Assembly (NCBI GenBank): GCA_030167145.1
Contig: CP126532.1
Span: 1,950,001-1,982,000, forward strand
Source: Ktedonobacterales bacterium
Lineage (GTDB): Bacteria; Chloroflexota; Ktedonobacteria; Ktedonobacterales; JADMIN01
Direction of reading: 5' to 3'
Length of the DNA: 32,000 bases
Shown here in pieces: positions 8,749 through 17,402 of the stretch. Made by a program: the position numbers and the translations under genes. Under the pieces are notes generated by a model that was given only the letters and a program-made list of their open reading frames with translations, did not search any database and was not told where the DNA came from. Numbering within the stretch: position 1 is the first letter of the stretch; each line of letters opens with the position of its first letter.

Positions 8749-10005
8749 ATGGCGAAGAGCGTCTGGCGGCGCCAACCGGATAGGGATCTCGACGGTGAGC
8801 ATGGCGAGCAGGATGCGCGGGATGAGCGCGCGGAGGCCCGGCCGGTGATCTCGACGCGCCGAATCGTGGTCACGATTGCGCCGCGCACGCTCTGGCTGAT
8901 CGCGGGGATTGTGACGCTGTTCATCGTGACGTGGATTCTGCTGACACATGCGCTGGATGTGCTCTTTCTGGTCTTCATCAGCGTGATCCTGGCTGAGGGG
9001 GTGCGCCCGGTGGTGGAGCGGCTGCGGCGGGTGGGTGTGCCGCGACCGGTGTCGGTGTTGCTGGTGTATTTGGGGGCGCTGGTGGTGGTGGCGGGGTTGG
9101 CGTGGTTGCTGTTGCAGCCGCTGATTCAGCAGGCGACGGAGTTTGCTGGGGCGTTGCCGCAGTATGTGCAGGAGGGGCAGGGGCTGCTGAACCGGTTGCA
9201 GGAGCAGATTGGCAGTAATCAGCAGTTGATGCAGGGGGTGCAGTTTCTGGAGGAGCGACTGGGGGCGCTGCTGGGGGCGATTGTGCCGGCGGTGTTTGGG
9301 GTGCCGCTGACGGTTGGCAATATTATCTTTAGCGCGATTGTGATCCTGGTGATTACGTTCTTCTGGCTGACGGGAGTGGACCAGCTCAAGCCGTTCACGG
9401 TGGGGCTGTTCCCGACGCACACGCAATTGATGGCGCAGGAGATTCTGAACGAGATTGGGCGGAAGCTGGGTGGGTATCTGCGCGGTGTGCTGGTGAATAT
9501 GTTTGCTATCGGTATTTTGAGCTGGTTGGGGTTGTTGATTCTGGGGGTGCCGTATCCGGGGCTGCTGGGCATTCTGGCGGGGTTGACGGAGTTCATTCCG
9601 TATTTGGGGCCGTGGATTTCGGGGAGTGTGGCGGTGTTGGTGGCGCTGCTGGCGGTGGATCCGCTGAAGGCGGCGGAGGTGGCGCTGCTGTTTGTGATCA
9701 TCCAGCAGGTGGAGGGCAATACGCTGGTGCCGCTGGTGATGAACCGGGCAGTGGAGTTGCATCCGCTGCTGATCGTGATTGCGGTGCTGCTGGGCGGGGC
9801 GCTGTTTGGGCTGATTGGCAGTGTGCTGGCGGTGCCGCTGACGGCGGTGATTGATGTGCTGGTGCGGCGGGTGCTGGTGCCGATGATTCACCGGGCGTCG
9901 GCGAGCGTGTCGGTGGTGGAGGCAGGGGAGGCCGTGCCGCCGGAACCAGAGCCGGAGCCGGAGTCGCCGCTGGCTGGCAAGGAGCAGGCGCCTAAGGCGC
10001 AGTAG
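8749..10005 (+). CDS. AI-2E family transporter (PerM/UPF0118)
   Basis: Multi-TM protein with the family signature GLTEFIPYLGPWISG ... IIQQVEGNTLVPLVM. GAGGGA SD before the ATG at 8749. Confidence 0.85.
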   Translation: MAKSVWRRQPDRDLDGEHGEQDARDERAEARPVISTRRIVVTIAPRTLWLIAGIVTLFIVTWILLTHALDVLFLVFISVILAEGVRPVVERLRRVGVPRPVSVLLVYLGALVVVAGLAWLLLQPLIQQATEFAGALPQYVQEGQGLLNRLQEQIGSNQQLMQGVQFLEERLGALLGAIVPAVFGVPLTVGNIIFSAIVILVITFFWLTGVDQLKPFTVGLFPTHTQLMAQEILNEIGRKLGGYLRGVLVNMFAIGILSWLGLLILGVPYPGLLGILAGLTEFIPYLGPWISGSVAVLVALLAVDPLKAAEVALLFVIIQQVEGNTLVPLVMNRAVELHPLLIVIAVLLGGALFGLIGSVLAVPLTAVIDVLVRRVLVPMIHRASASVSVVEAGEAVPPEPEPEPESPLAGKEQAPKAQ

Positions 10006-10044
10006 ACACAATCTGGACGATTTTCGCGACAATTTCCTGTGTCT

Positions 10045-10248
10045 TTACAAATCGGCCCATGCAGCGTCTTCCTCAGGGCGGTCCCAGTCTTTGCGGAGGC
10101 TAGACTCGGCGACTAGCATCGTTGCCAATACGGAGGCATCGTGCTCGCGCGTGGCAAGGTAGGAGACGAAGTCGAAGACAACCGCTAGCTTGTCTGCTGG
10201 GAGTCGCCGTAATTGTTCTTCGATGCGCTCAACGGTAACTGGTTCCAT
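10045..10248 (-). CDS. small DUF2281-like / antitoxin-like protein with no adjacent toxin
   Basis: 67-aa acidic protein (MEPVTVERIEEQLRRLPADKLAVVFDFVSYLA...). AGGAG SD. It lies 27 nt downstream of lipA. Confidence 0.55.
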   Translation of the reverse strand: MEPVTVERIEEQLRRLPADKLAVVFDFVSYLATREHDASVLATMLVAESSLRKDWDRPEEDAAWADL

Positions 10249-10275
10249 GCTGCGCTCCTATTTCTACTCCATGTC

Positions 10276-11196
10276 TTATTTCGTCTCAGCTTCGGTGGCG
10301 AGTTCGGCGGATTTGTCTATGCCGGCGGCTTTGACTTGATCCCAGGCGTGGTAGGAGCTGCGCACGAGGGGACCACTTTCGACGTGCTTGAAGCCCATGG
10401 CGAGGCCGGCGGCTTTGTATTCGCGGAACTCGTCGGGGGTGACGTAGCGCTCGATGGGCAGGTGGTCGGGGGTGGGTTGGAGGTATTGGCCGATGTTGAG
10501 GATGTCTACATCGGCAGAGCGGATGTCGCGCATGAGGTCGAGGATTTCGTCGTGGGTTTCGCCGAGGCCGAGCATGAAGCCGGTTTTGGTGGGGATGTCT
10601 GGGTACATTTCTTTGGACCAGCGCAAGACCTGGAGCGAGCGGTCATAGGCGGCCTGGGGGCGGACGGTGTGCTGGAGGCGGGCGACGGTTTCGAGGTTGT
10701 GGCTGTAGACGTTGGGGCGGGCGTCGAGGAGGATTTTGAGGGCGTGGCGGTCGCCTTTGAAGTCTGGGGTGAGGACTTCGACGGCGCATTCGGGGTTGAG
10801 GCGGCGGACCCAGCGGATGGTGGCGGCGAAGATGGTGGCGCCGCCGTCATGGAGTTCGTCGCGGTTGACGGAGGTAAGGACAGCGTGGCGCAGGCCCATC
10901 TGGGTGATGGCTTCGGCGACACGGCGGGGTTCTTCCCAGTCGAGGGCCATGGGGCGGCCGGTGGCGATGGCGCAGAAGCCGCAACTGCGGGTGCAGACGC
11001 TGCCGAGGATCATGAAGGTGGCGGTGCGGTGGCTCCAGCATTCGCCGATGTTGGGGCAGCGGGCTTCTTCGCAGACGGTGTGGAGGGATTTGCTGTTGAT
11101 GAGGCGTTTGAGTTCTTCGTAGTTTTCGCCGGTGGGCACACGAACACGAAGCCAGTCGGGCCGACGGGTGGGCATGATCGCCATGGCTTGGGTCAT
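10276..11196 (-). CDS. lipA: lipoyl synthase
   Basis: Both cysteine clusters are present: [12 protein letters not shown] and the radical-SAM [10 protein letters not shown]. The start is uncertain among the in-frame ATGs at 11196, 11184 and 11175. Confidence 0.95.
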   Translation of the reverse strand: MTQAMAIMPTRRPDWLRVRVPTGENYEELKRLINSKSLHTVCEEARCPNIGECWSHRTATFMILGSVCTRSCGFCAIATGRPMALDWEEPRRVAEAITQMGLRHAVLTSVNRDELHDGGATIFAATIRWVRRLNPECAVEVLTPDFKGDRHALKILLDARPNVYSHNLETVARLQHTVRPQAAYDRSLQVLRWSKEMYPDIPTKTGFMLGLGETHDEILDLMRDIRSADVDILNIGQYLQPTPDHLPIERYVTPDEFREYKAAGLAMGFKHVESGPLVRSSYHAWDQVKAAGIDKSAELATEAETK

Positions 11197-11236
11197 CCTC
11201 TCGCAGTGGTGACGCTTCCAGCGGAGCGCGTCTTGT

Positions 11237-11245
11237 ATTGTAGCA
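11237..11245 (-). promoter_or_regulatory. possible extended -10 (TGCTACAAT) for lipA
   Basis: The minus strand reads TGCTACAAT about 40 nt upstream of the lipA start. There is no good -35. Confidence 0.35.
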
Positions 11246-11257
11246 CAGCCGCAGGGA

Positions 11258-12310
11258 TTATTCGCTGAGAGACCTAACCCCCGGCCCCTTCCCTACGAGG
11301 GAAGGGGAGCGCAGAGAGCGCTCGGCGGGCTTCACGGTGCTTGCCCTACGAGGGAAGGGGAGCGCAGAAGCGTGGTGTTGCGCCTTGGAATGGCTCGGAG
11401 GGGCCGCTGCGCGGCGCTGGCGGTGGGTGAGGGCGGGCGCTTTTTTCGCCGTTTTCGCCGCTGCTTTTGTGGCGATTTTCGCCGTTTTCGCCGCTGCTGC
11501 GGATTCAGCAGGAGTAGCAGACGCGGCGGAAGGTGGGGTCGGAGGCGTAGGCGCTTCGGGGGTGGTGGAGGCGGCGCGGGGTTGGCGGTCGTAGAGGCCA
11601 AGCAGGCGGGCCATTTCGCGGTTGGCGCTGAGGGCGAGCCGCAGGTATTGGACGGGGTGGGTGGTGTCGCGCGGGCGGGCGTAGCGCTCGTCGAGGATCT
11701 GGGCAGGAGCGGCGGGAGCGGCGGGAGCGGCGGGAGCGGCGGGAGCGGCGGGAGCGGCGGGAGCGGCGGGAGATGCGGGGATAGTAGTCGCCGTTTTCGC
11801 CGCTGATGCGCTTCGCACGCTGGGGGCGGAGGCGGGGGCGGGGCGGGTGGTGCGGCGGGTGAGGTGGTCGTAGGCGCCCTGGTAGAGCTGCTCTTGGCGC
11901 TCGCGGTCGGTGTGGAAACCCTCCCAGGCGGCGGCGAGGACACTGCGCTGCCGCTCGACGGCGAGGGACTGTTGCTCGGCGCGCTGCTGCTGGGAGACGG
12001 GGGCGAGCTGGGTGCGGATGGCGCGCAGCCAGTCGCGGACGGTGCGGGCGGGGACGCCGAGTTCGGCGGCGATGGTGGGGGAACGTTCGCCCTGGCAGTA
12101 CAGTTCCCAGGCGCGGTCTTGCAGGAGTTGGCGCTGCTGGGCGGCGGGGGTGAGGAGATGCGGGAGGTCGGCGCGGATGGGCGTGGGGGTGGGATCGGTG
12201 GGGGGAGTAGGATCGGCGGGAGACGGTTTCGCCGTTTTCGCCGTTTTCGCCGCTGTGTGGGCATCGGCGGAGATGGGGTCGGTGGTGGGGTGGGCGAGGG
12301 CGGTGGCCAT
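11258..12310 (-). CDS. repetitive Ala/Lys/Pro-rich protein with one helix-turn-helix
   Basis: ATG at 12308-12310 with an AAGGAG SD ([10 protein letters not shown]...). [30 protein letters not shown]-type repeats, a (PAA)n tract and a conserved-looking segment [21 protein letters not shown]. The upstream 94 codons of the track ORF lie in repeat DNA and are not included. Confidence 0.6.
   Translation of the reverse strand: MATALAHPTTDPISADAHTAAKTAKTAKPSPADPTPPTDPTPTPIRADLPHLLTPAAQQRQLLQDRAWELYCQGERSPTIAAELGVPARTVRDWLRAIRTQLAPVSQQQRAEQQSLAVERQRSVLAAAWEGFHTDRERQEQLYQGAYDHLTRRTTRPAPASAPSVRSASAAKTATTIPASPAAPAAPAAPAAPAAPAAPAAPAQILDERYARPRDTTHPVQYLRLALSANREMARLLGLYDRQPRAASTTPEAPTPPTPPSAASATPAESAAAAKTAKIATKAAAKTAKKAPALTHRQRRAAAPPSHSKAQHHASALPFPRRASTVKPAERSLRSPSLVGKGPGVRSLSE
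11278..11368. repeat. hairpin repeat CCCCCGGCCCCTTCCC-TACGA-GGGAAGGGG plus a second 25-bp copy
   Basis: CCCTACGAGGGAAGGGGAGCGCAGA occurs at 11291-11315 and again at 11344-11368. Both copies lie inside the last ~35 codons of the HTH ORF. Confidence 0.8.
11446..12254. repeat. exact 18-nt motif TCGCCGTTTTCGCCGCTG present four times
   Basis: Copies at 11446-11463, 11479-11496, 11788-11805 and 12237-12254, plus an overlapping half-unit at 12228-12242. They encode the AAKTAK peptide units on the minus strand. Confidence 0.9.
11702..11773. repeat. 9-bp in-frame microsatellite (GGCGGGAGC)n
   Basis: Six perfect units at 11711-11764, flanked by one imperfect unit on each side. They encode (PAA)n. Confidence 0.95.
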
Positions 12311-12337
12311 GGGGGTTACTCCTTGCTGTGTGCTGGT

Positions 12338-12573
12338 GATGGTGGAACGGGCCGCCGAAATGGCGGTGGGTAAACGGCGGGCAGACAGGAATGTCCGCCC
12401 CACTGCTGAGATGGCGGCGCTACGAAGGACGGGCGTCCGCCGGACGCCTCGACACAGGTGGGCGGTGGTGGTACGCGGAACGGGCCGCCGAGATGGCGGC
12501 GCTACGAAGGACGGGCGTCCGCCGGACGCCCCTACGATGGTGGGTGGTTGAGATGACGGTGGTACGCGGGACG
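12338..12573. repeat. intergenic mosaic of short hairpin repeats
   Basis: GAGATGGCGGCGCTACGAAGGACGGGCGTCCGCCGGACGCC occurs at 12408-12448 and 12490-12530. GGGCAGACAGGAATGTCCGCCCCAC (12379-12403) is related to 24462-24489 and 31681-31704. Confidence 0.85.
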
Positions 12574-12589
12574 ACAATCGGGCGGGGAG

Positions 12590-12657
12590 CAACGAGAAAG
12601 CGCCGCGCGGTCGCCTGGGGCATGGGAGTGGATGGCCCAGGGCGGGTGCGCGGCGCT
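12590..12657 (-). terminator. long stem-loop terminator after the DUF4236 gene
   Basis: AGCGCCGCGC (12599-12608) pairs with GCGCGGCGCT (12648-12657), with an inner CCTGGG/CCCAGG stem. On the minus strand it is followed by TTTCTCGTT. Confidence 0.55.
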
Positions 12658-12727
12658 TTACTCAAGCTCACCGTGGTTGGTAAGAAGTATAGAATATTTG
12701 TTCGAGATATGCAAGGGGCGGGGATGG

Positions 12728-13693
12728 TCAGGTGGTGGCGGGGTCGGTGGTGGGTGGGAGGGCGGCGCCGCAGGCGGAGCACCAGTTGGCGTCGGGTAGG
12801 ACGGTGGCGGCGCAGGCGGGGCAGATGCGGGGGCGGGCGACGACGGGGGTGCGGCAGTAGGCGCAGAATTCTGCGCCGACCTGGAGGGGTTTGCCGCAGT
12901 GGCGGCAGATGCCGTCGGTTTGGGGCATGATGCCAAGCTGCGATTCGAGTTGGGCGGTTCGCAGCCGTGTCTGCATGGGGGCCAGTGCGCGCTGCTGGCG
13001 ATAGTCTATGATGGCGACGACGAGATAGATGGGAACCATGACCTCGAAGACGAAGATGTAGGCGCAGACCAGCCAGAACTTTTGCGCGCTCGATAGTCGC
13101 CACCAGGGAATGCGTCCGCGCAGACTGATGAAGCCATGCCAGTCTACGACGGCAGCAGGGATGAGTGAGCCAAGCCAGAGCAGCATGCCGATCGTGCCCG
13201 CAGGGCCGAAAGACGATGTGCCAGCGGCGACTTGCGCACTGTTCGCGGATGCGCTATCAGCAAACATCAGCAGCCAGCCAAGGGCCTGGGCGCTGACCAG
13301 TCCGGCGAGCGAGATCCAGTGATAGGAATGGTAGGTGCGCGGGGGTGGCGGGGTGAGGATGCGCTGGGGATAGCCAGGGATGACGGGGCCGGGGCCAGGG
13401 ATGAATGGTTGCTGTGGCATGGTGGGGTGCGCTCCTGGTGATGGGATGGGTGAGGGTGTGCGAGTGGCGGTGGAGATGGGCGGGGAGATGGGTGAGCGAG
13501 CGCGACGCTTGGGGGCGGCGGGGCCAAGCTTTTGCCGGAAGTAGAGGCCGCCGCGCCCTCCCGCGACGTAGGGGCCGCGTGGGCCAGCGCCGACACGGAG
13601 GCCTTTGATGCCGGTGGAGACGCCGACGCCGCGCTTGGAGAAATTGATACGGACCGGCCCCATTTTGACGGATTTGCGAAGATACCAACCCAT
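12728..13693 (-). CDS. DUF4236-domain membrane protein with a C-terminal double zinc ribbon
   Basis: N-terminus MGWYLRKSVKMGPVRINFSKRGVGVSTGIKGLRVG (DUF4236 pattern), a Pro-rich linker, about 4 TM helices, and C-terminal CRHCGKPL..CAYC...CPACAA..CSACG. GGAGGTGG SD. Confidence 0.75.
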   Translation of the reverse strand: MGWYLRKSVKMGPVRINFSKRGVGVSTGIKGLRVGAGPRGPYVAGGRGGLYFRQKLGPAAPKRRARSPISPPISTATRTPSPIPSPGAHPTMPQQPFIPGPGPVIPGYPQRILTPPPPRTYHSYHWISLAGLVSAQALGWLLMFADSASANSAQVAAGTSSFGPAGTIGMLLWLGSLIPAAVVDWHGFISLRGRIPWWRLSSAQKFWLVCAYIFVFEVMVPIYLVVAIIDYRQQRALAPMQTRLRTAQLESQLGIMPQTDGICRHCGKPLQVGAEFCAYCRTPVVARPRICPACAATVLPDANWCSACGAALPPTTDPATT

Positions 13694-13817
13694 GTTCCAC
13701 CTCCACGCTCGCTGGTGACGACAATGCGGTGCAGTTTAGCTATACGTCGAGACGAGCGAAAAGCGGAAAATAGCACACTGCGATGCTTTGCATTGGTGAG
13801 ATGGTGGGCAATAGGAT

Positions 13818-13855
13818 GGGCCGGATGGGAGCGTCGTTGCCCCAACATCCGGCCC
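13818..13855 (-). terminator. terminator hairpin of the S53 peptidase gene
   Basis: GGGCCGGATG / CATCCGGCCC 10-bp stem. The loop and stem are homologous to 17300-17333. The U-tail is weak. Confidence 0.5.
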
Positions 13856-13926
13856 GGATAGTGAAACGCGCTACGAAGAACAGACTACGAGAGACGCGCT
13901 ACAGTCGCTTTCGTCGTACACGTCGC

Positions 13927-16743
13927 CTAGTAGTTCACCGTGAACGTGACGTCGTCCACGAAGAAATCGCTTGGCAGAGATGAGTCGGTCGTGCCCTTGA
14001 AGTAGATCTGCACTTGCTGGCCCTTATAGCTGGTCAGCGAAGACGTGACGTCATAGGTGAACTGCTGCCACCCATGGGCGTTGGCGTTGCACTGCGTCAG
14101 CACGGTCTTGATGGTGGCGCCGCCGCTGGTGCGGATGCGCGCGTAGAGGTAGTCGTAGCAGGTGCTGCCGGACTCATAGGTGTCAATGTAGGCCCAGAAG
14201 CTGAAGGTGGCCTTGGTCATCGTGCTGGGAATGGTCACGGTCTGCCAGATCTGGTCGGTGCAGCTATTGTAGCCGCAGAGGTAGGCGCTGTCGCTGCCGG
14301 TGTGCGGATTGGTTGGGTCTACGATCTGGTAGCCGCCGCTGGATGACTCGGACCACGGGGACTGGCCACTCTCGAAGCCGCCGTTCTGGATGAGTTGCGC
14401 GGTGTTGCCGCCGCTGCTGGCGGTGACGGTGACGGTGACGGTGGCGCTATGCGTGGCGCTGCCCTCCGTGCCCGTGACGGTGACGGTGTAGCTGCCGGTG
14501 GCAACCGATGCGCCGACACTGACGGTGAGCGTGGAGGCGGAGCCAGCAGTGACCGAGGTGGGGCTGAGCGAGGCTGTGGGGCCGCTGGGCGAGACGCTGG
14601 CGGTGAGGCTCACGGTGCCCGCGGAGCCGCTGGTGACAGCGGTGCTGATGGTAGATGTGCCATTCGCGCCCTGGGCGATGCTCAGGCTGGTCGGGCTGGC
14701 GCTGATCGAGAAGTCGTTGGCTGGCGGAGCTGTCACGGTGAAGCTGGACGATGAGGTGGCCGTGCCGTTGGGGGTGGTCACGCTGATCGTGCCGGTGGTC
14801 GCGCCAGAAGGCACGGTGGCCGTGATGCTGGTGCTGCTGCCAACGGAGAAGCTAGCCGACGTGCCGTTGAACTTGACGGCGGTGGCGCCGGTGAAGTTGG
14901 TACCGGAGATGGTGACGCTGCTGCCCACGGCGCCGGAGGTCGGGCTGAAGCTGGTGATGGTGGGCGCGCTACCGCCACTGGATCCGCCAGCGGCGTCACG
15001 GGCGAGGTTCCATACGTCGGGAGTGCCGATGCCGGAAGCCTGGTCGTAGCCGGAGGTGGCGGGGTAGAAGAGGTTGTTGCCGCTGGTCACGTCGTGATAG
15101 GCGGTGTAGGTTTGTGTGGTGTTGAAGAGAGTATAGAGTGTGGCGTGGGCGTTGCCCAGGACGGGCTTGCTGTTCGCCGCGAGATACTGGTTGGTGTCTG
15201 CCGCGACGCCTGCCCAGAGGGGAGCCGCCGCGCTGGTGCCGCCGACTTCGATCCACGGGCTGGAGCTTGAGCAGCCAGCAGCGGTGACGGAGCAGTAGAC
15301 GGAGTAGCCGGAATTGGGGTCAGCATCGGCTGAGACATCGGGCACCTGGCGCATGCCGTTGGAGTAGGAGTTGGTTGTGCCAGGGCCAGTCTGATAGCTG
15401 GGCTTGGAGAAGTAGGTGCTGAGGCCGCCGCCGCCGCCCGCGCCCTTGGGGCTGCGCGAGGTGTCACTGGGGTTGGACCAGACGGACTCAGAGGTGTAGG
15501 AACCGCCGGTGCCGGTCTGGAGGTTGGTGCCGCCGACGCCGACGACGTTGGGGTCGTCAGCGGGGGAGTCAACGGCAAGGTTGGTGTCGTTGCAATCGTA
15601 GGCGCCGGAGTCGCCGGCTGCGGCGAAGATGGCCTGGCCCTGAGAGGCGGCCTGGGTGAAGATGTTGTTGAGGGCTTGCAACTCGGTGTTGCCGGAACTG
15701 GCTTCGCAGAGGCCCCAACTGGTGCTAGCGACCTTGGCGATGTTGTCGGTGACGATCTTGTTGTAGGTGTCGTTGACGCCCTGGGTTGAGTTCGGGCCGA
15801 TGTAGATTTTTTGTGTGGCGCCAGGCGCGGTGGCTGAGACGACTTCCATGTCGAGTTCGACTTCGATGGCGCCAGCGCCAGCGGCGTTGGTCGCGCCGTC
15901 CACGAGGACGTTGGAATACTTGGCTGAGCCAAGGCTGTAGTTGCTGAGGTAGGCGTTGACGTCGCTGGACTTGTAACCGTCGAGTTCGAAGATGGCGACG
16001 GTCTGGCCGGTGCCGTCGGCGCTGCTGATGAGGGAGTTCATGTCGTAGGCGGTGCGCAGTTCGCTGGGGGTGTAGCCGCCACCAGGGCCGGTGCGCGGGG
16101 CCAGTGGACTGGCGGGCCGGTAGACGGCGACGTTATCGAGGCCGCCGATGTTGAGGATCAGTCCGGCGAGCGTGGAGGGCACCGATGGCTCTTTGGTCGG
16201 CGCGTAGACGCTGCGGCCATGGTAGGAGTAGTCGCCGATCTGGACATTGAAGGCGCGCTCGACCGCCGAGGCGGAGCCGGAGGCGTCAATCAGTGTGCGA
16301 TTGGACGAGACGGAACTGACGAGAATGCCCTGGCCGCGCAGGTAGGCCACCACGGCGTTGACGTTCGCCGTTGTGGGGGCGAACATGGAGTTGAATTGGG
16401 TGGTGGTCAGGAAGTGATGGTAGAGGCCGGAACGTGGGTCGTTCTGCGCGGCGATGAGCGCATTGAGCGCGTCGGTGTTGCGCAGATTGAGGGCGATGGA
16501 GAGCGTGAGCGCGCGATCACCAGCGGTGGCGCGCAGCGCTTTCGTATGCTTGAGACCGGGGATGAGATGGCCCGGAATGGTATACCAGCCGCTGCCCTGC
16601 CGCCCAAAGTGTTGGGATGTGGGGGCGGATTGCTGGGGTGTGGCGGAGTGGGCCGAGACGAATGCGGGGGTGATGAGCAGAACGCTCAGCGCCATCAATG
16701 CGCTGGCAATGAGTAGGGAGACACGTAGAGTCTTGCGCTTCAT
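13927..16743 (-). CDS. secreted S53 (sedolisin/kumamolisin-type) peptidase with pro-domain, IPT/TIG, Ig-like and beta-sandwich C-terminal domains
   Basis: Signal peptide [31 protein letters not shown]. Pro-kumamolisin-like activation region. Catalytic serine motif [15 protein letters not shown]-like [24 protein letters not shown]. Ig-like [14 protein letters not shown]...[14 protein letters not shown]-terminal [11 protein letters not shown]...FFVDDVTF. Confidence 0.9.
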   Translation of the reverse strand: MKRKTLRVSLLIASALMALSVLLITPAFVSAHSATPQQSAPTSQHFGRQGSGWYTIPGHLIPGLKHTKALRATAGDRALTLSIALNLRNTDALNALIAAQNDPRSGLYHHFLTTTQFNSMFAPTTANVNAVVAYLRGQGILVSSVSSNRTLIDASGSASAVERAFNVQIGDYSYHGRSVYAPTKEPSVPSTLAGLILNIGGLDNVAVYRPASPLAPRTGPGGGYTPSELRTAYDMNSLISSADGTGQTVAIFELDGYKSSDVNAYLSNYSLGSAKYSNVLVDGATNAAGAGAIEVELDMEVVSATAPGATQKIYIGPNSTQGVNDTYNKIVTDNIAKVASTSWGLCEASSGNTELQALNNIFTQAASQGQAIFAAAGDSGAYDCNDTNLAVDSPADDPNVVGVGGTNLQTGTGGSYTSESVWSNPSDTSRSPKGAGGGGGLSTYFSKPSYQTGPGTTNSYSNGMRQVPDVSADADPNSGYSVYCSVTAAGCSSSSPWIEVGGTSAAAPLWAGVAADTNQYLAANSKPVLGNAHATLYTLFNTTQTYTAYHDVTSGNNLFYPATSGYDQASGIGTPDVWNLARDAAGGSSGGSAPTITSFSPTSGAVGSSVTISGTNFTGATAVKFNGTSASFSVGSSTSITATVPSGATTGTISVTTPNGTATSSSSFTVTAPPANDFSISASPTSLSIAQGANGTSTISTAVTSGSAGTVSLTASVSPSGPTASLSPTSVTAGSASTLTVSVGASVATGSYTVTVTGTEGSATHSATVTVTVTASSGGNTAQLIQNGGFESGQSPWSESSSGGYQIVDPTNPHTGSDSAYLCGYNSCTDQIWQTVTIPSTMTKATFSFWAYIDTYESGSTCYDYLYARIRTSGGATIKTVLTQCNANAHGWQQFTYDVTSSLTSYKGQQVQIYFKGTTDSSLPSDFFVDDVTFTVNY

Positions 16744-17079
16744 TCCTCACCTCAAACTCGCGTTGCACGGCAACACCGTCGTCGCCGTGTCAGGGGTCGC
16801 CATCCTTCCAGGGGGAGTGGCACACCGGTGTGCCAGCGGCCCGTGGCAAGAGATTTCCATGCGCCAGGGGTTTGGGTCTATGCCGAGGGAATGCGCGAGG
16901 GTGTGTTGAGTGGCCGCTCCTCCTCTCCACTTGAGCGAGAGCCGATCTGCCGGTTCACCTGCCGGCGGCTCTCCGCGTGGCTGCGCCTGTCTGGCCGCGC
17001 GTATGCGCGGATGTTCACCTGCCGCCATTAGCCAAAATGCCGAAGCGGCAATACGCACTATTGACAGGCGACAGAAGAA
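16744..17079 (-). promoter_or_regulatory. long 5' leader of the S53 gene; the 3' 187 nt (16744-16930) are conserved with 20559-20747
   Basis: This is the region between the predicted -10 and the start codon. The conserved part has 5 substitutions and 2 single-nt indels relative to the paralogous leader. It contains the hairpins GGCACA-CCGG-UGUGCC (16819-16834) and CACGGC-N12-GCCGUG (16766-16789). Confidence 0.6.
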
Positions 17080-17107
17080 AGTATACTGATGTGGTGGAGT
17101 TTGTCAA
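17080..17107 (-). promoter_or_regulatory. sigma70-type promoter TTGACA-16 nt-TATACT for the S53 gene
   Basis: On the minus strand the -35 TTGACA is at 17102-17107 and the -10 TATACT at 17080-17085. The same hexamers and spacing occur at 20894-20921. Confidence 0.65.
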
Positions 17108-17290
17108 GGAGGCAAAATAAGGTGACATAAGCCCTCGGCCCTCAAGGACTGGAGCACGGCGGCGGGAGGGCGATTCCGCCTCGGCCATCAATGGTTGGAG
17201 CACGGCCGTGGAAAGGTACATTGTGCTGTCGTATGGGAAGGGGAGGAAGGCCAGCGATAGGTGAGGCGCTGTGGAGCGCGCGAGAGAGGG

Positions 17291-17333
17291 TAGATAGAAA
17301 GCCGGATAGGAGCGTGATTGCCCCTATCCGGCT
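17291..17333 (-). terminator. rho-independent terminator of the 1051-aa gene
   Basis: AGCCGGATAGG / CCTATCCGGCT stem (17300-17333), followed on the minus strand by TTTCTATCT. Confidence 0.65.
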
Positions 17334-17402
17334 CTGTTGTCGCACGCGCTATGAAGAACACACTACGTAGAACGCACTTTATTCCTCATCGCCGTGTTCA
17401 GA

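Noticed and set aside
8668-10032. Long antisense or alternative-frame ORFs overlapping recognised genes. Examples are 8668-10032(-), 10213-11268(+), 22182-23141(-), 23181-24599(-), 25486-26517(-), 30399-31838(+), 4935-6119(-), 2414-3679(-) and 407-1177(+).
   Set aside because: These are typical high-GC shadow ORFs. Their translations are Arg/His/Pro/Gln/Gly-rich low complexity with no recognisable motifs, and each is fully overlapped by a gene with clear family signatures on the other strand or in another frame.
11332-12264. The alternative 310-aa minus-strand frame, rich in PPP and RKRR, inside the HTH gene.
   Set aside because: It is a frame-shifted reading of the same repeats. It has no SD and no HTH or other motif, and the chosen frame has a canonical start context.
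12391-12930. The 179-aa plus-strand ORF and the upstream extension (12311-12592) of the HTH ORF across the repeat mosaic.
   Set aside because: The sequence is made of tandem and dispersed hairpin repeats. The translations are Arg/Gly/Trp-rich, and a strong SD plus ATG at 12310 gives a cleaner start for the HTH gene.
16744-16930. Assignment of the conserved leader to a known riboswitch class, such as c-di-GMP, c-di-AMP/ydaO or T-box.
   Set aside because: I could not find the characteristic conserved cores of these classes by eye. Only an Rfam/Infernal scan could settle this, so I left it as unclassified.
16747-17058. The 103-aa ORF (and its 84-aa and 62-aa counterparts at 20562-20816 and 20567-20755) in the leaders, considered as real proteins.
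   Set aside because: The two leaders differ by single-nt indels, so the long frames are not shared. Only the last 18 codons coincide, and that segment is reported separately as a possible uORF. The composition is also atypical.
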